This document shows, one piece after another, positions 55,456 to 64,000 of a stretch of 64,000 nt of DNA (the stretch's first letter is position 1; each line of letters begins with the position of its first letter). The stretch comes from Eledone cirrhosa. Its lineage: Eukaryota. The stretch covers positions 56,606,001 through 56,670,000 of the forward strand of contig OZ024749.1 in assembly GCA_964016885.1 (NCBI GenBank), read 5' to 3'. Below the pieces are notes generated by a model that ran no database searches, had not been told where the DNA came from, and worked only from the letters and a program-made list of their open reading frames with translations. The translations under genes and the position numbers were made by a program.

Positions 55456-56044
55456 GTATATGTATGTATGTATATATATGTATGTATATGTATGTATGTA
55501 TATGTATGTATATGTATGCATGTATGTATGTATGTAAGTATGCATGTATGTATGTCTGTACGAATATATATATCTATGTACATATGTATGATTATATGTA
55601 AGTATATATATATATATACGTATGTATGTATTTATGTATCTATATGCGTATGCTCACCTACCTGGGAGTATACATGTACATATATATGAATCATATATGT
55701 ATTATACATGTGTATACTTAGTAAGCGGTGTGTGAGAGCATGTCAATATTATATATGAATGGAAGTGTGTAGTTATGTATGCTTGTATGTATGAGAGTAT
55801 GTGTTTTTATGATATTTTGCTTTGTGTCTGGCTCTGTCTGCCATGGTTCTTTACTTTTCACAGATTTATTACCAATAAAATATAGGATGTGACGTGATCG
55901 TCTGCACTGTTTTGTCATAGCATTGATCAAGTTACGACGGACATAAAAACGGACCGCCTAGTCATACATAAATAACTTTACAGATAAAAACACATACATG
56001 CATACCTACTTACATACATACACACACACATATATATACTCATA

Positions 56045-56112
<68 letters not shown>

Positions 56113-56412
56113 ATAAACATATACACATACTCATACATTCATAAATATAATGCAGAGATATACATACGTACAAGCAGAAATATTGTTCTATACATACATA
56201 CACATTCATATATACATACATACATACACATATACATACACATACATACATATATACATGCGTACATACACACACACACACACATTCATATATACAAATG
56301 AGATCACCTAAGCCTGAAATAATACGGAACGGACTCAACTCTGGTTTCCTAACATAGAGATAAGCCTACTTGGACATAACATATACTTACAGCCACACAC
56401 ATCGAGATATGA

Positions 56413-56445
<33 letters not shown>

Positions 56446-56819
56446 TATATATATATACACATACACGCATATATGTATATATATATATATAGGCGCACAC
56501 TCATACATACTAACATATGCAGCTTTTATTTCTCTTTACAAAGAAACAAAAAGAACCCCCAAATAAAACTTTTCATGGGTGTATCTGTGTGTATACACAG
56601 GTCTGTGTAACTTTCTAAGTCCTTCTCTGCTTATGTATGTACGTAGTCATCTTAATGCGTGAGACTTTGTTTTCTGTGTTCTTTATTTTTTTTCCTCCTC
56701 AATTATTGGTTGGTATGAACATAAAATATAAAAATTGATATATTTGACTGTTTTTCTCATAATGTCTTCGCTTTACATTCTATATTTGACCAAGAAGTCA
56801 CGATTGTTATATATGAACA

Positions 56820-56960
56820 TCCGGTATTACGAGACGCCAAATCCTACCTCGCTTCGCCCTTGCAAGTTCAATAATTCCTTGGTAAATATCTTCAGAATCT
56901 CGATGAGTCAATATACCAGTCTTGTAGATAGGTACCATGATATTCATTTGATTTTGTCTT
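56820..56960 (-). mobile_element. possible very old LINE reverse-transcriptase remnant
   Basis: Translates MNIMVPIYKTG..DSEDIYQGIIELARA..GRIWRLVI, loosely like the IVPIYKKG..D..NYRGISLL..GKI motif. Confidence 0.35.
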
Positions 56961-58227
56961 GTGTGTTTAACTCAGTTGGAGTCCCTATCACTTCAGATAA
57001 AGGAAATACCTTTATTTGTCGATTAGTCATATAATTCTTAGAGGAGGAATAGCGCCTATGAATGTTTTTCAAGATGTCCTGGGCAGGATTTGGAAAGTGA
57101 GAAAGAGACGACTCCACGTTGGTTATCCTAAGCCTGCATATTTGTTCTGATATCGTACAACAGATCAGACGACACAGAAACACTACAAGTTAGCTGTTGC
57201 TGCTAATCTATCAACAAAGCACATGTATAAGTAATCTGTCGCCCTTCTAAATACAAACTGTGAATCCAGTTTCATTTAGAAATGTTCACTCGACCAAATG
57301 ATATGTTATAAGATACTTGCACAAGATTCGAACTTGAAACCACTCCATTAGCGCCTACCAAAATGTCATGAATAGCTGTTGAGCAGGTTACGGTCTTGAA
57401 TAGGTTACCGTCTTACAGAAGACACTTCCTAAATACAAACATATGTCTGCGCATAACATTAATATGAATTGAAAATGTGGACCGGAAATAGCTTGAATCT
57501 AAATATTTAACAAATATTTTCAATCTGGAACAAAACGTCCCACCGTCGTTGGTTTCGACACAGAAAGGAATTAAATTTCAACAATTTAAAATAATGAAAT
57601 ATTTCAGCAAAATTAATTCCTATATATCCTGTCTTACTCTGAAATTTATAGGCAATTATGCGTCACTGAGTATTAAGTAAAAAACTCAATAGAGTATTAT
57701 AGCATACCGGCATTTACACTGGTACAGTGACTACTAATATGTGATCAGATGATACACAACGATTATACACGTACATCACACACACATATATATACACATA
57801 TATATAAATGTATATATATATATATACAAACACACACACAAACACACACACATATATATATACGCACACACACACATATATATACACACACACACACATA
57901 TATATACACACACACACACATATATATACACACACACACACACACACATACATACACACACACACACACACATATATATACACACAGAGAAATTATATAG
58001 AGAAGATTACATCAGTGGAAGTGTGCCTAGGAATATTTTGGAGGCATGAATCAGCTGAAAGGGCCATTAGATTTAAATTAGTTTTCTTTATTACATTATT
58101 TTAGATAAACTTCTCCACCAACGTCCCATAATCGGAATATGTTATTTAAATACAGATATTATTATTTCATACATTTACTACGCTACATAAATACACACAC
58201 ACACATATATATATACACACACACACA

Positions 58228-58718
<491 letters not shown>

Positions 58719-58719
<1 letters not shown>

Positions 58720-58923
58720 ACGAATGAGGTGTGGTAAGGAACCAGATGTACCATAACGCACCAGAGCACTCAATACTTAGGATAGTAGAGTGGGTAATAG
58801 AAAAAAGTATGACCCCGACGGCAGAGCTCAAGCCGTTTCGACGGCTATTTCCGGACTATATATGTCCAGAAATAGCCGTCGAAACGGCTTGAGCTCTGCC
58901 GTCGGGGTCATACTTTTTCCTAT
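58719..58923. mobile_element. (TA)n-embedded fold-back element, family A
   Basis: 60-bp inverted arms 58797-58856/58864-58923 with two mismatches around a TATATAT spacer; body homologous to 891-1008. Confidence 0.8.
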
Positions 58924-58977
58924 ATATATACATATATAGATACTTATATATATATATAGAGAGAGAGCGAGATGTAC

Positions 58978-59001
<24 letters not shown>

Positions 59002-59009
<8 letters not shown>

Positions 59010-59032
59010 ATACTTTGGGAGGGTCATGTTGC

Positions 59033-59038
<6 letters not shown>
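59002..59038. mobile_element. solo family B fragment in (TA)n
   Basis: ATATTGTTATACTTTGGGAGGGTCATGTTGCCAATAA matches the arm end at 46.6-46.8 kb. Confidence 0.75.
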
Positions 59039-59121
<83 letters not shown>

Positions 59122-60854
59122 ACTTATATATAAATACATATATATATTTATATATATATGTATACACAACATATAGAATAACTTGTAATTTACATTAGCT
59201 TGTGGGACAGAGAAAAACAATGCGATAACCTCATTAAGAAATAAAACAACATCGTCATGTCATTTATCTTCAAATTATTTAACTATATATTATGTCAATG
59301 ATACAATTAGATAACATTCCTCATATATAGTTATGTGTGTATATATGTATATATATTTCAGTCCATAAATATGTATGTCTCTCTCTCTGTCTCTCTCTCT
59401 CTCTCTCTGTCTGTTTCTCTGTCTCTCTCCCACTTTCTATATATATATATATATAATCTGATAACATTTTTAATATGAAACAGTGTGTATATATATAATA
59501 CATATAATGTGTGTATATATATAATGTATATAATGTGTAATATATATAATACATAATACAGATAACATATATCATATATATATTACATTGTATCATATTA
59601 AAAATATTACGAGATTAGTTGTGGTGTGTCATAAAGCACACAGGAGTGGAATTTCATTACATTGGTGTATGACAACCACGTAACTGTTATGTAGATGAAG
59701 AAGTGTTTTCTAATAGATGACAAAACACTATTTAAATGTTTCTAAAGACATATATAGAAGGCATTTGATTTGGATTATATATTGTTATTACTTTTTATAC
59801 TGATGTGATTTCAATGGGTTTAATTCAAAAGTGCATAGTTTTAGTGATGTACAACAATGTAACATAGCTATCATAATTATTCGCCTGACTATATATTATT
59901 GCGTATATATATATATATACATACACCGATATATATTTAGATGTACTACTGTCTAGTGTTTCCCCCCTCTCTATCTCTATATTTTTCTTTTGTTTATGTT
60001 CTTTTTTTATCGTTCTCTTCGCTATCGTCTTTATTTCTTTGTTGTTTTCTTCCTGGATAACTATTGCTCTTAGTTATCAACGCACTGCGGTGAGATGTAC
60101 TGTCTTTAATGCGTCGAAACACGAGCGACCCACAGCAGACAGCCGATGAGTGGTCACTGTCCTTATGTTTGTGTCTCTTTAACGTTTTCTAAATAATATT
60201 TATTAGTAACCACATTGCGCCTTTGTCACTTTTAATGGAAGTACAAAAATAAGCAAAATACAAGTCGAACGACTATTTTCAAAATTTATAGAATTTGATA
60301 GAAATCTTTCAATTAAATAAGATAAAGAAAATAATTGATTTCTGCAAAAGATGGGAATAGTAAGGAAAGACGTACAATATGAGAATATGGATAGTTATAC
60401 ATACATATATACAGTCTCACACAAATATACACACAGTCTCACACAGATACAGATACACAAAAACGTATGCACAGAACACCCACTCACAGACACACACACA
60501 CTCAGTCATATACATATAAGTAATGTAGCGTATATATATATATATGTAACATATGCATATATATACGTAACATTATATATATATATACAAATAGGTCCAA
60601 ATTATACATTTGTTAACATTTACATAAAAAATATTTAAATGCGTGTGTGCATATTTGTCTATATATGTAGATGTGCATATGTGTGTGTATATGTATGTGT
60701 GGGTGTATGTGTATATGTGTGTAAAAGCATGTATACAGAGCTTTATATATGTGACATACATATTCTATATTTTATGGTGTTTTAATTTATTGTTTCACAT
60801 ATTGTTTCAGGAGACGAAACGTTTTTCAAATTGAATAAAACGTCAATTTAATAA

Positions 60855-60872
60855 AGACACATACAAACATAC

Positions 60873-60908
<36 letters not shown>

Positions 60909-60922
60909 TCAAACAAACATAC

Positions 60923-60974
<52 letters not shown>

Positions 60975-61001
60975 TATACACACACATACAAACATACATT
61001 C

Positions 61002-61046
<45 letters not shown>

Positions 61047-61125
61047 AACATACATTCGTATATATATATACATACAAACATACATTCGTATTTATATATA
61101 TATATATACATACAAACATACATTC

Positions 61126-61208
<83 letters not shown>

Positions 61209-61340
61209 AACATACAATCGTATGTATTTATATATATATATACACATACAAACATACATTCGTATACATACATGCACATATACAAACATATATATATATA
61301 TATATATACATACACACATACAAACATACATTCATACATT
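60855..61340. repeat. compound minisatellite: CATACAAACATACATTCG core separated by variable (TA)n
   Basis: About 9-10 cores. Confidence 0.85.
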
Positions 61341-61416
61341 TATATGTATGCATAAATATGCATATATATGTGTGCATGTATATATATAAGTGTATATTTG
61401 TATATCTGTGTGTATG

Positions 61417-61471
<55 letters not shown>

Positions 61472-61905
61472 CAACAGTGTCATATAACATTCCCTTTCTG
61501 TTGTGATAAACGTAACTTTAATGAAATTCTGAAATATGATTGATGTCATTCAAGAGTTTGAAAAATAGAATTTTTGCTGTAGAAATCTCTTTCTTGGAGA
61601 ATTTCTTATATCTTTCACAAGTTATTTTCATACTCTCCTTCTCCGCCATCCCATCATCATCATTATCATCACTACTATTACCATTATCAGTATTATTAGG
61701 TTTATCATTATTATTATTGTTGCAATCATCATCATTATTATTACTATTAATCCTATTTGTACGAAATTATAATATGAGCAGCAGTTGTAGTGGTGGTAGT
61801 AGTAGTAATAGTAGTAGTAGTAGTAGTATTTTTTTTCTGATGTGAAGCTAATTCTTTCATTTATAGGTTTCGTTGAATAGTGTAAAATAGTCCACATTTA
61901 CACAA

Positions 61906-61950
<45 letters not shown>

Positions 61951-61987
61951 CACACACGCAAACACACATATATATATATATACACAT

Positions 61988-62064
<77 letters not shown>

Positions 62065-62127
62065 TATATATATATACACATACACACACATATATATATA
62101 TATATATATACACACACATATATATAT

Positions 62128-62158
<31 letters not shown>

Positions 62159-62337
62159 CACACACATATATATATATAAATATATACACACTCACACACA
62201 TATATATGTATACACACGCACACACACATATATATATATATACACACACACACACATATATGTATATATACACACACACACACACGTATATATGCACACA
62301 CACACATGTATACACACACACACACACATGTATATAT

Positions 62338-62374
<37 letters not shown>

Positions 62375-62834
62375 ATATCGAGATAGAGATAGTGAGAGAG
62401 AGATATATTCATGTATATGAATAAATAAATATATATATATCTGTGTGCATATATGTTTATATATATATATGTGTGTGTGTGTGAGTGTGAGTGTTTGTGT
62501 GTGTGTGTGTATGTGTGTGTGTATGTGTGAGTGTATGTGTGTATGTGTGAGTGCATGTGTGTGAGTGTATGTGTGTGTGAGTGTATGTGTATGTGTGTGA
62601 GTGTATGTGTGTGAATGTATGTGTGTGAGTATATGTGTGCGTGGGTGTATGTGTATGTGTGTGAGTGTATGTGTGCGTGTGTGTGTATTAAGCATACAAG
62701 TGAGATTGGTAGAGACACGATCTCCAGTAAAGACAATGGAGGGATTTACAGTTAAAATGACGAGACAAAAAATGAAACGAAATGTCAATAAAATTTCCTT
62801 TTCAAATTTAATGTTTTGATATTGATAAAACCTG

Positions 62835-63345
62835 ATGTGTTGATTGTTGTGGTTATTGTTGTGGTGGTGGTGGTTGTGGATGTTGTTGTGGTGGTGGTAG
62901 TTGTGGATGTTGTTGTGGTTCTTGTTGTGGTGGTTGTTGTGGTGGTGGTGGATGTTGTTGTGGTTGTTGTTGTGGTTGTTGTTCAGGTGGTTGTTGTGGT
63001 GGTGGTGGTTGTGGTTGTTGTTCTGTAGGTTGTTGTTGTGGTGGTGGTGGTGGTGGTGGTTGTGGTTGTGGTTGTTGTTGTTGTGGTGGTTGTTGTTGTG
63101 GTGGTTGTTGTTGTGGTGGTTGTTGTCGTTGTTGTTGTGGTGGTTTTTGTGGTGATTGTGGTGGTGGTGGTTGTGGTGATTGTGGTGGTGGTGGTTGTGG
63201 TTGTTGTTCTGGTTGTTGTTGTGGTGGTGGTTGTGTTGGTGGTTGAGGTGGTGGTTGTGGTGGTGGTCGTTGTTGTTGTTATTGTGGCGGTTGTTGTGGT
63301 TGTAGTTGTTGGTGGTTGTTGTTGGTGGTTGTTGTTGTTGTTGTT
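62835..63345. repeat. (GTT/GTG)n triplet array
   Basis: Direct reading. Confidence 0.9.
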
Positions 63346-63476
63346 CTGCCTTTCGTTCCTTGATTTCCGAGTCAAAAAGTAAAGTAAAATGACAAACAAA
63401 CGAACATACATTCCTGTTGTATGTGGGAGAGTATATATGTCTATGTACGTTTATACAAACACACCACATACTCACA

Positions 63477-63548
<72 letters not shown>

Positions 63549-63621
63549 GACAGACAGATAGCCATAAAGATATATAGATAGATAAATAGATAGATAGATA
63601 TACATCCATATAGATACGCAT

Positions 63622-63762
<141 letters not shown>

Positions 63763-64000
63763 AAGCGAGAAATAGATAGATAAACAAATATACAGATAGA
63801 TAGAGAGAGACATGAAGCGGTGTTAAATTCACTGTTAGTAATTTGAGAGTGAAGTAACTGTGTGACATGCAATTGATTCCCAACTGGACGCTACACAGTT
63901 CATTTGCTTTGTTAATTGCCGCGGGGAAATCAAGGACCCGAGCAGAACAAAATCCTTTGTTTTCCAACCTCATTAGGCCTAATGATAACTTTGATATTTG

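Overview
AT-rich, repeat-dominated eukaryotic non-coding DNA, either intronic or intergenic. The SINE family and the extreme density of (TA)n/(CA)n/(GA)n/triplet microsatellites point to a coleoid cephalopod, probably Octopus; this is an inference from pattern recognition, not a database result. I find no convincing host protein-coding gene, and nearly every listed ORF is a read-through of simple repeats. Supported content: (1) about 25 full or partial copies of one tRNA-derived SINE in two length variants; (2) an intron-containing tRNA-Tyr(GTA) pseudogene; (3) a decayed 3' end of a CRE-like non-LTR retrotransposon; (4) Tc1/mariner- and piggyBac-type MITEs; (5) a 2-kb 22-bp minisatellite with a three-variant code and an exact 594-bp higher-order duplication. 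The most interesting signals are short elements found at (TA)n tracts. One carries a complete minimal type I hammerhead ribozyme motif (6.4 kb). A second family has several copies that form near-perfect fold-backs around a conserved structured 60-nt terminus, which looks like the 3' half of a hammerhead with a covarying palindromic loop. A third family forms a palindrome with 92-bp arms. All three resemble Penelope-like element termini.
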